Program-made: the position numbers and the translations under genes
DNA from: an uncultured delta proteobacterium
Lineage (GTDB): Bacteria > Desulfobacterota > Desulfobacteria > Desulfobacterales > Desulfosalsimonadaceae
Assembly (NCBI GenBank): GCA_963826785.1
Contig: CAWGYD010000001.1
Location: 736,001-800,000, forward strand
Length of the DNA: 64,000 bases
Reading direction: 5' to 3'
Part shown: positions 34,804 to 44,644 of the stretch, one piece after another
How the letters are laid out: each line of letters begins with the position of its first letter
Numbering within the stretch: the stretch's first letter is position 1
Notes under the pieces: generated by a model
The model's input: the letters and a program-made list of their open reading frames with translations, nothing else
Told to the model about the DNA's origin: nothing
Database searches by the model: none

Positions 34804-35196
34804 ATGGATTTTACGATTGAATTTGACAAGCAGCAGATAGAAGCAATCGAGAATATCCTTCAGGAAGAATTGATCGATCTTGGTGTTCAGAGCGTCATAT
34901 TGATGGACCTGGCCGGAAATGTGATTGTGAATCTGGAAAGCGGCGAAACCACTCATGACGTATATTCTCTGGCGGCGCTTGCCGCCGGCAATTACGGCGC
35001 CGTCAGCGCCATGGCAAACATCATCGGTGAACAGGAATTTTCGCTTCTCTTCCACAAGGGTGAGGAAGAGAGCATTCATTTCAGCAAGGTGGTGGAAGAC
35101 CTGCTGCTGCTGACAATCTTCAACAAGAATGTCTCCCTCGGCTTCCTGCGTCTCAAAGTGGCGGAGGCGGTCAAACGCATCCAACTTCTGGTCTGA
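34804..35196 (+). CDS. mglB: Roadblock/LC7 protein, MglB-like GAP
   Basis: SLAALAAGNYGA...IGEQEFSLLFHKG, adjacent to mglA. Confidence 0.82.
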   Translation: MDFTIEFDKQQIEAIENILQEELIDLGVQSVILMDLAGNVIVNLESGETTHDVYSLAALAAGNYGAVSAMANIIGEQEFSLLFHKGEEESIHFSKVVEDLLLLTIFNKNVSLGFLRLKVAEAVKRIQLLV

Positions 35197-35304
35197 TTTT
35201 TTCAATGCATTGCTTCAATACCTGCTTTTCTCAACCTATGCTGCCCGGTCGTCTGGAATGGATATCGGCTTGCTGTTAACCAATTAGTGCTGGAGGTAGA
35301 GGAT

Positions 35305-35910
35305 TTGGCATTAATCAATCCGAAGAAGAAGGAGGTTCAGGTTAAGATTGTTTATTATGGCCCGGGCCGCGGTGGAAAAACAACCAACCTTGAATATATC
35401 AACCGCAAGTTTAAAAAGCGGATACAAAATGAAATGGTGACGGTCAAAACCTATGGCGACCGCACCCTGTTTTTCGATTTTCTGCCCTTTGACATCGGTG
35501 AAATCAAAGGACACAGCATCAAAGTCCAGTTGTACACCGTCCCCGGACAGGTCAAATACAACGCCACCCGCCGCCTGGTGCTCCGGGGGGTGGACGGATT
35601 GGTCTTTGTGGCCGACTCCATGGACCTGCGGCGGGAGATGAATATTCGTTCCCTTCAAAACCTGAAAGAAAATCTGGAAACCTTCAACAAGAACATTTTC
35701 AATATCCCCCTGGTTCTGCAGTACAATAAACGGGACCTGGAAGAGGAGGGGATTCCGATTCTGTCCATGGACACCATGCAGAAGGATCTGAACAGCCGCT
35801 TGAAAGCGCCCTATTTTCCCGCCAGTGCGGTCCGGGGAGACAATGTGGCCGCAACCATGAAAAAGATCATCGCACTAACGGTCAGTTCCTTAAGAAAGAA
35901 ACTCGAATAG
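35305..35910 (+). CDS. mglA: MglA-family small GTPase
   Basis: KIVYYGPGRGGKTTNL, DRTLFFDFLP, LYTVPGQ and QYNKRD. Confidence 0.92.
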   Translation: MALINPKKKEVQVKIVYYGPGRGGKTTNLEYINRKFKKRIQNEMVTVKTYGDRTLFFDFLPFDIGEIKGHSIKVQLYTVPGQVKYNATRRLVLRGVDGLVFVADSMDLRREMNIRSLQNLKENLETFNKNIFNIPLVLQYNKRDLEEEGIPILSMDTMQKDLNSRLKAPYFPASAVRGDNVAATMKKIIALTVSSLRKKLE

Positions 35911-35922
35911 GAGGGCATTACA

Positions 35923-36657
35923 TTGGCGACGATTGAAGATGATGGCAGCCTCAACGCCGAGGTTTCCAACCGGCTTGATGAATTATTCGGTGACGAGGAT
36001 CCCAATGCGGGTTCACCACCCTCCCCAAAGAAAAGCGCCGCTCCCGTTGATCGTTCCCGTGCCGCCGCCAAATCCGATGTGCATATGGACGAATCCGCAT
36101 TCGATGATGACAAGGATTCCCCCATCAAAAACCTCAAGGCGCTCGTGTTTTCCATCGACTGGGAAATCACCGACGAGACCATGGTGGCCTTCCTGAAGGA
36201 GATCAAGCACCTTCAGCAGATCTATCAGAATGACAAGATCCTTTCCCTGTTTTTAAAACTCCATGAATCCATCGGAAAATACATCAAGGCGAAAAAAGCC
36301 CGAGCCAATCCGGATTCCATTAAACTGGCGGCCTCTTTTTACAAGAATTTTGAAAAGGTGCTGCTGACGCCGGGCATGAACGAAGTCCAGAAGAAAAAGC
36401 TGCTCTCCGGAGAGGTGAAGAAGTTCAAGGAATTCAAACAGCGGGTGCTGATGCGCGAAGGGGCCATGCCCCAGCGCGAGGATTTCGATGCGGCCGATGA
36501 GCGGATGGATGTCCGGGTGATCGAAAAGGCCGCGGCGGGCCCGTCCATGTCTTCGGATTCTAAAGAATTGGCTGATTACATCATCGAGGAGATCAGAAAG
36601 ACGATCAAGGCCGAGTTCCACACCCTGCGTCAGATCATCAAAAATCTGGGCGCTTGA
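35923..36657 (+). CDS. Hypothetical helical cytoplasmic protein
   Basis: GGAGG RBS, TTG start 12 nt after the mglA stop, and a 244-aa ORF. Confidence 0.75.
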   Translation: MATIEDDGSLNAEVSNRLDELFGDEDPNAGSPPSPKKSAAPVDRSRAAAKSDVHMDESAFDDDKDSPIKNLKALVFSIDWEITDETMVAFLKEIKHLQQIYQNDKILSLFLKLHESIGKYIKAKKARANPDSIKLAASFYKNFEKVLLTPGMNEVQKKKLLSGEVKKFKEFKQRVLMREGAMPQREDFDAADERMDVRVIEKAAAGPSMSSDSKELADYIIEEIRKTIKAEFHTLRQIIKNLGA

Positions 36658-36699
36658 GTCTGATCTTTCGGAAATAGATTTTTAATCGGAGGCGGGTTT

Positions 36700-37170
36700 A
36701 TGGATGTGTTTGCAGGCGATGTTTCCAAGCTGGTGCTGAAAAGGACCGTGCGGGCCGATCTGGGCGAAGTTTCTCTGGATAGTGAAATGCTGCAGGTTTT
36801 GATGGAACTTGATGGAACCAAGACCCTTGGCCAGGTGTCCCGATCATTGAACATGAACATGAAGCATCTGCGATCCATTTTAGGCAGACTCCACAAGCTC
36901 AACCTCTGCGAAGCCGCAAAAGACTCCGTTCCCAAACTCAGCCGGGATTTCTTTAATTATCTGTCTTCTGAACTGTCCCGGGCTATGGGACCCATCGCCG
37001 ACGTGGTGATCGAGGACGAGGTCAGCGAAATGGGAGAAGACATGGCCCGGTTTCCCGCCCACCGAGCGGCCGAGCTGGTTGACCTTCTGGCCCGCCAGAT
37101 CCTGCGAGAGGAGCGTAAAGTGGCCTTTCAGCAGGCCATGGTCAAGAAGCTGCGCGACATTAAAACATGA
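36700..37170 (+). CDS. Hypothetical protein with a winged-helix-like N-terminal domain
   Basis: VLMELDGTKTLGQVSRSLNMNMKHLRSILGRL resembles a wHTH; GGAGG RBS. Confidence 0.7.
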   Translation: MDVFAGDVSKLVLKRTVRADLGEVSLDSEMLQVLMELDGTKTLGQVSRSLNMNMKHLRSILGRLHKLNLCEAAKDSVPKLSRDFFNYLSSELSRAMGPIADVVIEDEVSEMGEDMARFPAHRAAELVDLLARQILREERKVAFQQAMVKKLRDIKT

Positions 37171-37241
37171 GAAAGACGCCGTCATCTGATCTGCTGAGGC
37201 GATAGGATCAAGCTGCCAACATATAACAAGGAGGCTGTACT

Positions 37242-38420
37242 ATGACAGTGATTTGTGAGGAATGTGGGAAGGTTTACCATATCGATCCGGATAAGCTCGG
37301 TCGATATAAAGGTAAGGCCATCCGCGTTCGGTGCGGTGAGTGCGGGCACGTCACCCAGATTGCCAAGCTGCTGGAAGCAGCGGAAGAGCCTGAAGATGAT
37401 TTTGCCGAAGCGGCAGATGAGCATATGCCGTCCGCAGAGCCCGATATCGCCGAAGCCGAGGAACCCCCCGCCCCGATCGACACCCGGTCCGGATACGGCG
37501 TCCCCGAGATGAAGCGGGGCGGATTGCTGGGCATCCGGGGCAAAATGATGATCCTTTTTCTGGTGGTTCCGATTGTCATCATTGCGGGAATCGGTTTCTA
37601 CTCGCAAATGCAGTTAAACACACTGGCCAATGATATTACCGCCAAAAGTACGGAACTGGTGCTGCAGGAAGGCAAGGAAAAGCTGATGCAGAAATCCAGG
37701 GACGTGGCGCTGCAGTGCGAGATTTATCTGCGCAGCCATCCGGATCTTGAACGGGAAGATTTCAATTATGATCCTGAATTCAGGGGAATTGCCGTTCAGA
37801 CTGTCGGCGAGTCCGGATATACCTGTTTAATCCAGCAGCCCGAGCCCGACACCGGCCAGAACTGGACCATCTGGGCGCACCCCAATCCCAACATTATCGG
37901 CATTGATGACATCGACATGATCCGCAAGGCGCTGGGGCCGTATTTTGACGATTTCTTCGCCGTGCTGACCGCCTCAATGGGTATGAAAGAGGCCCAGGGA
38001 TTCTACCACTGGAAAGACCCCGATGGAAAAGTCCGTGAGAAATACATGGCCATCGCCCCTGTCCACCTGGAAGGCAAACCCTTTTTGTTGATGAGCACTG
38101 ACTATATTGCTGAATTTACGCAAAGAACTGAAGACCTGAAGGAAAATGCCGCGCAGTTGACCACAAGAACCCGCAACATCAATCTGGGTATTCTCATCGG
38201 CGCCATCATCCTGATCGGTCTGTGCATCACCATTTACGGCTATCGCTTGACCCGGAACATCCAGTACCTGACGGAAGCGGCCGACCGTATCAGCGTCGGC
38301 GATCTCGAAGCGGAAATCGAGGTCAAAAGCAAAGATGAAATCGGAAACCTGGCCGACGCGATTTCCCGGATGCAGGACAGCCTCCGGTTCTCCATTGAGA
38401 GATTGAGAAGAAGACGATAA
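37242..38420 (+). CDS. Membrane sensor: Zn-ribbon, TM, Cache-like domain, TM, HAMP, no output domain
   Basis: CEEC..CGEC at the N-terminus, two TMs, IWAHPNP/GFYHWKDPDG, and HAMP SKDEIGNLADAISRM ending at RRRR*. Confidence 0.82.
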   Translation: MTVICEECGKVYHIDPDKLGRYKGKAIRVRCGECGHVTQIAKLLEAAEEPEDDFAEAADEHMPSAEPDIAEAEEPPAPIDTRSGYGVPEMKRGGLLGIRGKMMILFLVVPIVIIAGIGFYSQMQLNTLANDITAKSTELVLQEGKEKLMQKSRDVALQCEIYLRSHPDLEREDFNYDPEFRGIAVQTVGESGYTCLIQQPEPDTGQNWTIWAHPNPNIIGIDDIDMIRKALGPYFDDFFAVLTASMGMKEAQGFYHWKDPDGKVREKYMAIAPVHLEGKPFLLMSTDYIAEFTQRTEDLKENAAQLTTRTRNINLGILIGAIILIGLCITIYGYRLTRNIQYLTEAADRISVGDLEAEIEVKSKDEIGNLADAISRMQDSLRFSIERLRRRR

Positions 38421-38443
38421 CGAGACGGATGCGTTTGAACAAC

Positions 38444-38487
38444 ACAAACAGGCAATGCACTTGATATCGGGTGCATTGCCTGTTTGT
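38444..38487 (+). terminator. Long perfect hairpin, probable terminator or mRNA-stabilising stem
   Basis: 17-bp stem ACAAACAGGCAATGCAC / GTGCATTGCCTGTTTGT. Confidence 0.7.
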
Positions 38488-38696
38488 TTCAAAAGCGCAG
38501 CAGATAAATTCGCTCGGTATAGGGTTGAACCTCGGTGGCCGGCCGGCGGCAAATGCACATGGTCAATCAAATTATAGATTAAAAGGGTTCAAATCGTCGA
38601 CGTTTAAGTTGAAACTGAAAAATGCCGGGTGGGGGCATCCGCTGCAGGAGCGGCGATGGACGGAGGGGGAGAGCCGAAGAAAGAGATGGCCTTAAA

Positions 38697-39764
38697 ATGA
38701 TTGTGATCCCAAAAGAACAGCCGGTAATAGAGGATTTAAACAGCTATTACCTGAGAATTGAAAAATTGTTTGAGCATTGTCAGGGGGCAATCGGTACGGG
38801 CGGTGTCTACTTCAAGGCGCCCACGGCGGAAGCGGCGGTTTTTTTTGATGAGGACAACCTGCTCAATGCCTATTATTCGGATAAATCAAGCCGATCCGCC
38901 GGTTCGGTGGCCTTCAAAAAGATTATCGAGACCGCCGAAACCAATAATTACCGAGTTTCCGTATACCAGATCATTCCGGAGAGAGTTTATTTCTGGGCTT
39001 ATCTGAATAATTCCGAAACCCTCTATGGCGATTTGAGCTCCGAGTTCACGGACCTGGAAAGCCTGATCAAAAAACTGGAGACAGAGCGGCTCACCGGTTA
39101 TCTTGAGGTGAAACTCCAGGAGAATGCCCATGGCGGGGTGCTGTTTTTTTATAACGGGGAAATCATCGGCGGTTCATCCGCCGCAGCCGAGGGAACGCTG
39201 GACCGGTCCAGAGAATACCGCGAAGTCCTGATTGCCAAGTCCCGCGAATCCAAGGGGACCTTTCATGTATCCAAAATCAATCTCGCCTCCCAGACGCCCC
39301 TGTCCAAAGCGAAAACCATTAACCTGGAAGTGCCGGCGGCAAAACCGGCCAGGGTTTCGCCGGGCAAGGCTCAACCCGCCAAATCGCCCCCCGCTGCCGG
39401 ACAGCGTTTAGCCGATCCGGCAAGAACGCTGGAGATGCTGCAGAATCTTTTCGGAATGCTGGATAAGATCATCCGTTCCAACAAGAAGATCAAGGCTGAT
39501 TTTGAAACCCTGCTGAAACAAAAATGCATGGAAAAAGCGGATAAATATGAGTTTCTGGATCCGTTTGCAGGGGAATTTGTCTATTCCAATGGAAAGATCA
39601 TCTTCACCGGGAAGGCATCCCAGCAGCAGTTGGTCACCTCCACTGTCGAGTGCGTCAAGGAGATTGTGGCCGGTCTGGGCATCACTTCCAGTTTCAGCAG
39701 GTATCTCGATTCCTGGAGAAGGGGTTTTGCCCGGGAAATCATCGATTTTGACATTGAAATATGA
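38697..39764 (+). CDS. Hypothetical protein with DUF4388/PatA-like segments
   Basis: LIKKLETERLTGYLEV...GVLFFYNGEII pattern and a Pro/Ala linker. Confidence 0.65.
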   Translation: MIVIPKEQPVIEDLNSYYLRIEKLFEHCQGAIGTGGVYFKAPTAEAAVFFDEDNLLNAYYSDKSSRSAGSVAFKKIIETAETNNYRVSVYQIIPERVYFWAYLNNSETLYGDLSSEFTDLESLIKKLETERLTGYLEVKLQENAHGGVLFFYNGEIIGGSSAAAEGTLDRSREYREVLIAKSRESKGTFHVSKINLASQTPLSKAKTINLEVPAAKPARVSPGKAQPAKSPPAAGQRLADPARTLEMLQNLFGMLDKIIRSNKKIKADFETLLKQKCMEKADKYEFLDPFAGEFVYSNGKIIFTGKASQQQLVTSTVECVKEIVAGLGITSSFSRYLDSWRRGFAREIIDFDIEI

Positions 39765-39794
39765 TTTTGCAACTGAAGTTCAAGGATCGGCAAC

Positions 39795-40943
39795 ATGACA
39801 CCCATTGTATTGATTGTAGATGATGACTCCGCCTGGCTTCGCCTGATTCAAAAAGAGTTGGAACCCTTTTCGGATACCTTCAAGATGCTCACAGCGGAGA
39901 ATGGCAGCGCCGCTATGGAAATATTGGGCAAAACCAATATCGGCGTGGTGGTATCCGATATCCGCATGCCCGGGATGGACGGGTTTGATCTGCTGTCCAA
40001 TGTTTTGAATCTTTATCCTGATATTCCGGTTTATATGGTCACCGCCTATGACAAGCCCAAAACCCAGGACGTGGTATTTAAAAGCGGCGCCTCCGGCTAT
40101 ATGAAAAAGCCGTTTTCCGGAGCCGAACTGGCCCGGGAGATTATGCGGGCTTTGAATAAAAGAGCCGAAGGCGGCAACCTTCATAATGTTTCGCTGGATA
40201 CCTATCTGCAGCTGGTCGAAATGGAGCAGCAGACCTGCACGCTAAGGATCATCGAAAAAAAGCGAAAAAAATCGGGCGTCCTGTTCTTTCGGGAAGGTGA
40301 CATCGTCAATGCCCGGGTGGGAAACCGTCAGGGCATAAAAGCCGCTTACGATATTTTATCCTGGACCAGTGTTTCCCTTTCCATTGAAAGCGACTGCGTG
40401 ATCAAGGACAAGAAGATCAAGGGGGATCTCCAGGCCATCTTGCTGGATGCCATGCGCTCCAAAGACGAGAGTGTATCGGATGAAACCATAACCGAGGAGG
40501 CGACCGTCAGCAGTGAAATTCTGCTCGATACCCCAATTTCCGGCAATCCCAATGCAAATGGAGAAAAGCCGCCGCCCCAGCCGCAGGCAACTGCGCCAAA
40601 GCCCGATGTCGATCGTGTGCGACTCAAACCCGCGGCCAAGCCGAAGATTACGGAGCCGGATTTTGCTTCCATGACGCCGGTGGAGGCGGCCCGGGCGAAA
40701 ATCGCCAATGCGATGGGAAATAAAAGCGGAATTATCGCCGTCGATACCGATACGCACTGGGATGGTTTGATTTATCAGGCATCGGGACTGGGCGACACTT
40801 TTGATTTCGGTCAATTGAACGGACTTTTTATCAACAGAAGCGCCGATGAGCAGCTGGTGATCATACCCGGCAGTCAAACCGTGGTGGTTTCTATCAAACC
40901 GGAATCACCGCGGGACCGGATCATCAATATACTGATGGAATAG
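39795..40943 (+). CDS. Response regulator receiver plus DUF4388-like domain
   Basis: IVDDD, SDIRMPGMDG, VTAY, KPF, then LQLVEMEQQTCTL...GVLFFREGDIVNA. Confidence 0.85.
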   Translation: MTPIVLIVDDDSAWLRLIQKELEPFSDTFKMLTAENGSAAMEILGKTNIGVVVSDIRMPGMDGFDLLSNVLNLYPDIPVYMVTAYDKPKTQDVVFKSGASGYMKKPFSGAELAREIMRALNKRAEGGNLHNVSLDTYLQLVEMEQQTCTLRIIEKKRKKSGVLFFREGDIVNARVGNRQGIKAAYDILSWTSVSLSIESDCVIKDKKIKGDLQAILLDAMRSKDESVSDETITEEATVSSEILLDTPISGNPNANGEKPPPQPQATAPKPDVDRVRLKPAAKPKITEPDFASMTPVEAARAKIANAMGNKSGIIAVDTDTHWDGLIYQASGLGDTFDFGQLNGLFINRSADEQLVIIPGSQTVVVSIKPESPRDRIINILME

Positions 40944-40958
40944 TGATACGGAAAATCA

Positions 40959-41327
40959 ATGAAAGACATATTCGAGGATATTCTGGGAATTGACGGTGTA
41001 CACGGCGCGTTCGTGATTTCAGGAGAGGGCGGGGTGACCATGAGCCGATTTTCTGCATCCTTTAAGGAAAAGGAAACCCGGATCGGACAGGCAAACTGGA
41101 GTCCTTTGATCATCGAACTGGAGGGCATTGCCGAGGCCGAGTTGATTTATGAGACCGCCCGGCTCTACGCGCGCAAGGCAGAAGCGGGATATCTTTTTAT
41201 TGTCATGGGAGATGCCGCCCCGATTTCGCTGATTCGCCTGAACTGCGATGTGCTGATCCCCGCCCTCGATCGGATGAAGCCGGCCGGAAAACGCATCAGC
41301 GCGCTGCTGAGGAAAAAAATATTCTGA
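40959..41327 (+). CDS. Second roadblock-like protein
   Basis: ILGIDGVHGAFVISGEG...ISLIRL pattern in a 122-aa protein. Confidence 0.6.
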   Translation: MKDIFEDILGIDGVHGAFVISGEGGVTMSRFSASFKEKETRIGQANWSPLIIELEGIAEAELIYETARLYARKAEAGYLFIVMGDAAPISLIRLNCDVLIPALDRMKPAGKRISALLRKKIF

Positions 41328-41756
41328 TTCCCGAATCGGTTTTTCAGGAAAAGCAGCACTTATTTTCTGGATTTATGGGACGGGAATGCCACGCGTTGTT
41401 CGGCGGACGTCCTGATTTTTTAGCAACCGCAGGCCAAAGAAAAGCGCTGTGTCTGGCGGCGGTTTTGCGTGTTTAAAAAGGCATGTGATGCGGCCGGCGG
41501 GTCTTGGAAGGGTTTTTTCTTCCTTTTTAGAAACTTTTGACCGCCAGTTCGGCGCTCCTGCCGGTCGCCCTCGGTATCGAGTCCTGCAAACACCTGATTT
41601 ATGTGCGCAAGTTGGCTTCTTGTGCCGTCGGTCCCCTGCCTGTTTTGCCCCATTGTTTTTTTTCATTGAAGTCTTTTGCCAAATTATTTATCATTCCCGG
41701 GATATTCTTTAGCCAACGCTCTGGGATACAAGCAAATAAATATTGGGAGCCTTATA

Positions 41757-44147
41757 ATGGCAGAATTGCAGACACCTGTGGATAAGATCGACGCCAGGAT
41801 CAAATCGGCCGAAGCCTATGAAGCCCATGGCCTGCATAGTGAAGCGCTGGTGGTCTACCAGAATATCTTAGCCGAAATTTCAGATATTGACGATGAGCGG
41901 CGCCGGCAGGTCCAGGAAAAGATTAAGGATCTGGGCAGGGAAATTGAAGATCAGGACCAGGACAGTGCGTTTGAAATTTCCTCCGAGCAGGTCAACCACA
42001 TCAAAACCGGACTTTCCATCGGGGAAAGCGCCCCCGAGATTTATGACAGCGCCACCGCATTTCGAGAACTCGGCCTCTTCAAGGAAGCCATAGCGGAATA
42101 TCAAAAGCTTTTCCGGACCGACTTTCAGATAGATGACTTTCTTTCTGATTATCTGGAATGCCTGCTGGTGGTGTACGCGCCTTCTGAGGTAGTGGAAGAT
42201 GTGGAAAGAATGATCGGTGAGAATCAGATCGATGAAAAAGCCAGTGCCCACATCAAGTTTGCCCTGGGCGCGGAACTGGACCGGCGGGACTATAAAAAAC
42301 TGGCTGTCCAATGTTACGAGGCGGTTCAGAAGATCGACCCCATCTATCCCAAGCTCAAAGAAACCATCGAATCGGTCCAGCCGGAAAAAAGATTCGATTC
42401 CCGTTATGATTATCTGCTGAGAAACAACATCGTCAACACCGAACAACTCCAGAGTGCGCTGACGCTTTCCAAAAAAATCAGGAAAAGCGTCGAAGCCGTG
42501 CTGATGGAGCAGTTCAAAATCTCCAAGGAGGACATCGGCAAATCCCTGTCCGCCTATTACAACTGCGAGTTTAAAACTTTTAGCGAGGGCATGGAAGTCC
42601 CCTATGAGCTGATCAGCAATCTGAAAAAACCGTTTCTGCTCCAGGATGTGTGGGTTCCGATGAGCTGGGAAGTCGATCATATTGAAATCCTGATGGATGA
42701 TCCCAAGGACCTGCGTAAGCTTGACCATGCCAAGGCCCTGTTCAATACCAATAAATTTGTCTTTTCGGTGGGGATCAAGGAAGACATCGAATCGATTATC
42801 AACCATTTCTTTTCGGAAAAGAAGGCCCAGGCAAAATCTGCAGATTCCTCTCGCCAGATGGATGATTTCGATGGCATGCCCGACATCGCCTTTGAAGAGG
42901 AAGAAGAGGATGATCACGAACAGGAGGTGGGCGACTACGACGAAGCCTCCGGCAAGATCGTCCGTCTGGTGGATCAGGTCCTGATCACCGCATACCGCAA
43001 GAATGCATCAGATATTCATATTGAGCCGCAACCCCAGACCAAACGGACCAAAATCCGGTTTCGCATCGACGGCGTCTGTCAGGAATTTTTAGAAGTTCCG
43101 ATCTCATTTTCCAATGCCATCATTTCGCGTATTAAAATCTTGTCCAATCTGGACATTGCGGAACGCCGCATGCCCCAGGACGGCAAGATCAAATTCAAGC
43201 GCAAAGGCGTTCCCGGATTTGAACTGCGTGTGGCCACGTTGCCCACATCCGACAGCATGGAGGATGTGGTCATGCGAATCCTGGCCACCAGCGGGGCCAT
43301 GAAAATTGAAGACCTGGGGCTGACCGAGCGCAACCTGGCGGTGTTGAAAAAAGCCGTTTCAAAACCCTACGGCCTGGTCCTGTGTGTAGGGCCCACCGGA
43401 TCGGGGAAAACCACTACCCTGCATTCGGCACTCCATCACATCAATACCCCGGAGCGCAAGATCTGGACGGCGGAAGACCCGGTTGAAATTTCTCAGTTGG
43501 GACTGCGCCAGGTGGAGATCAAGAACAAGATCGGGCTTGATTTCGCCCGGATTATGCGGGCATTTCTGCGGGCGGACCCGGACGTCATCATGGTGGGTGA
43601 AATGCGGGATTACGAAACGGCATCCATCGGCATCGAGGCCTCCCTCACCGGTCACCTGGTGTTTTCCACCCTGCATACCAACAGCGCGCCGGAAACGGTT
43701 ACCCGGCTTCTGGATATGGGACTCAACCCCTTGAATTTCTCCGATGCGTTCCTGGCGGTGCTGGCCCAGCGCCTGCTCCGGAGATTGTGTAAAAAATGCC
43801 GGCAGGAATATCATCCCACCCGCGAAGAATTTGACGAAATGGTCCAGGACTATGGGGAAGCGGATTTTGCGAAACTGGGGATTTCGTATTCGAGCGATCT
43901 GAAGCTCCATGCGCCTGCCGGATGTGATCAATGCAGCGGTTCGGGTTACAAGGGCCGGATGGGCATCCATGAACTCATGGATGGGACCAAGGAAATCAAA
44001 CGGATGATCAAGAAGCAGGCCAGTGCAGAGGAACTGTTCATCCAGGCCAAAAAGGAAAACATGACCACCTTGATGCAGGACGGCATCATCAAGGTCTTGG
44101 CCGGGCATACCGACATGAGTGAAGTCCGGCGCGTTTGTATTACTTAA
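41757..44147 (+). CDS. GspE/PilB-family secretion/pilus ATPase with a TPR-like N-terminal extension
   Basis: ASDIHIEP, GPTGSGKTT, TAEDPVE, MVGEMRD, STLHTN and Zn motif CKKC..CDQC. Confidence 0.92.
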   Translation: MAELQTPVDKIDARIKSAEAYEAHGLHSEALVVYQNILAEISDIDDERRRQVQEKIKDLGREIEDQDQDSAFEISSEQVNHIKTGLSIGESAPEIYDSATAFRELGLFKEAIAEYQKLFRTDFQIDDFLSDYLECLLVVYAPSEVVEDVERMIGENQIDEKASAHIKFALGAELDRRDYKKLAVQCYEAVQKIDPIYPKLKETIESVQPEKRFDSRYDYLLRNNIVNTEQLQSALTLSKKIRKSVEAVLMEQFKISKEDIGKSLSAYYNCEFKTFSEGMEVPYELISNLKKPFLLQDVWVPMSWEVDHIEILMDDPKDLRKLDHAKALFNTNKFVFSVGIKEDIESIINHFFSEKKAQAKSADSSRQMDDFDGMPDIAFEEEEEDDHEQEVGDYDEASGKIVRLVDQVLITAYRKNASDIHIEPQPQTKRTKIRFRIDGVCQEFLEVPISFSNAIISRIKILSNLDIAERRMPQDGKIKFKRKGVPGFELRVATLPTSDSMEDVVMRILATSGAMKIEDLGLTERNLAVLKKAVSKPYGLVLCVGPTGSGKTTTLHSALHHINTPERKIWTAEDPVEISQLGLRQVEIKNKIGLDFARIMRAFLRADPDVIMVGEMRDYETASIGIEASLTGHLVFSTLHTNSAPETVTRLLDMGLNPLNFSDAFLAVLAQRLLRRLCKKCRQEYHPTREEFDEMVQDYGEADFAKLGISYSSDLKLHAPAGCDQCSGSGYKGRMGIHELMDGTKEIKRMIKKQASAEELFIQAKKENMTTLMQDGIIKVLAGHTDMSEVRRVCIT

Positions 44148-44198
44148 TCATTTATTTAATCATCCCGACATCCGGCAGGCTGCCGGATTGAGTTTACT

Positions 44199-44639
44199 AT
44201 GGAATCAGCAGCGCACATGTTTTCATCCCGAAACCGGATAACGGATCTTTTAAAACGATTTTTCAGGCGGCAGCCGAATTCATCCGCGCCTTCAGATCGG
44301 TGCCAGCGGAATTATGACCGGTTTCCCATAGAGTTTCGCCTGGAGGCCGCCTTCCTGGATGAAAACGGCCAGGAGCAGACGGACCGTGCGGAATTGCATG
44401 ATATTTCCGCCAGTGGGGCGCTGTTTAAAACCCAATTATACCGGCAATATTCCCCGGGTCAGCGAGTGCGGGTAACCGTATTTCTGGCCGGGACCGACGA
44501 CGTCAAGGCCAATCTGCACACTGAGGCGACGGTGGTGCGGATCCATTCGCTGGAGCAGGACCCGGAGCATACCGGCGTGGCCGTCAAGTTCGACAAATCC
44601 TTTGAATTCCAAAGGGTAAATTCCCACAATTGGCGATAG
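44199..44639 (+). CDS. PilZ-domain protein
   Basis: RxxxR (RNYDR) and DxSxxG (DISASG) motifs, plus GVAVKF. Confidence 0.85.
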   Translation: MESAAHMFSSRNRITDLLKRFFRRQPNSSAPSDRCQRNYDRFPIEFRLEAAFLDENGQEQTDRAELHDISASGALFKTQLYRQYSPGQRVRVTVFLAGTDDVKANLHTEATVVRIHSLEQDPEHTGVAVKFDKSFEFQRVNSHNWR

Positions 44640-44644
44640 GGCAG

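Noticed and set aside
41340..41750. Several short ORFs in the gap before pilB
   Set aside because: They have no RBS, motif or typical composition, so the gap is treated as intergenic.
41880..44108. 345-aa and 249-aa minus-strand ORFs
   Set aside because: They are antisense to the well-supported PilB/GspE gene. The same reasoning excludes most other overlapping ORFs in the track.
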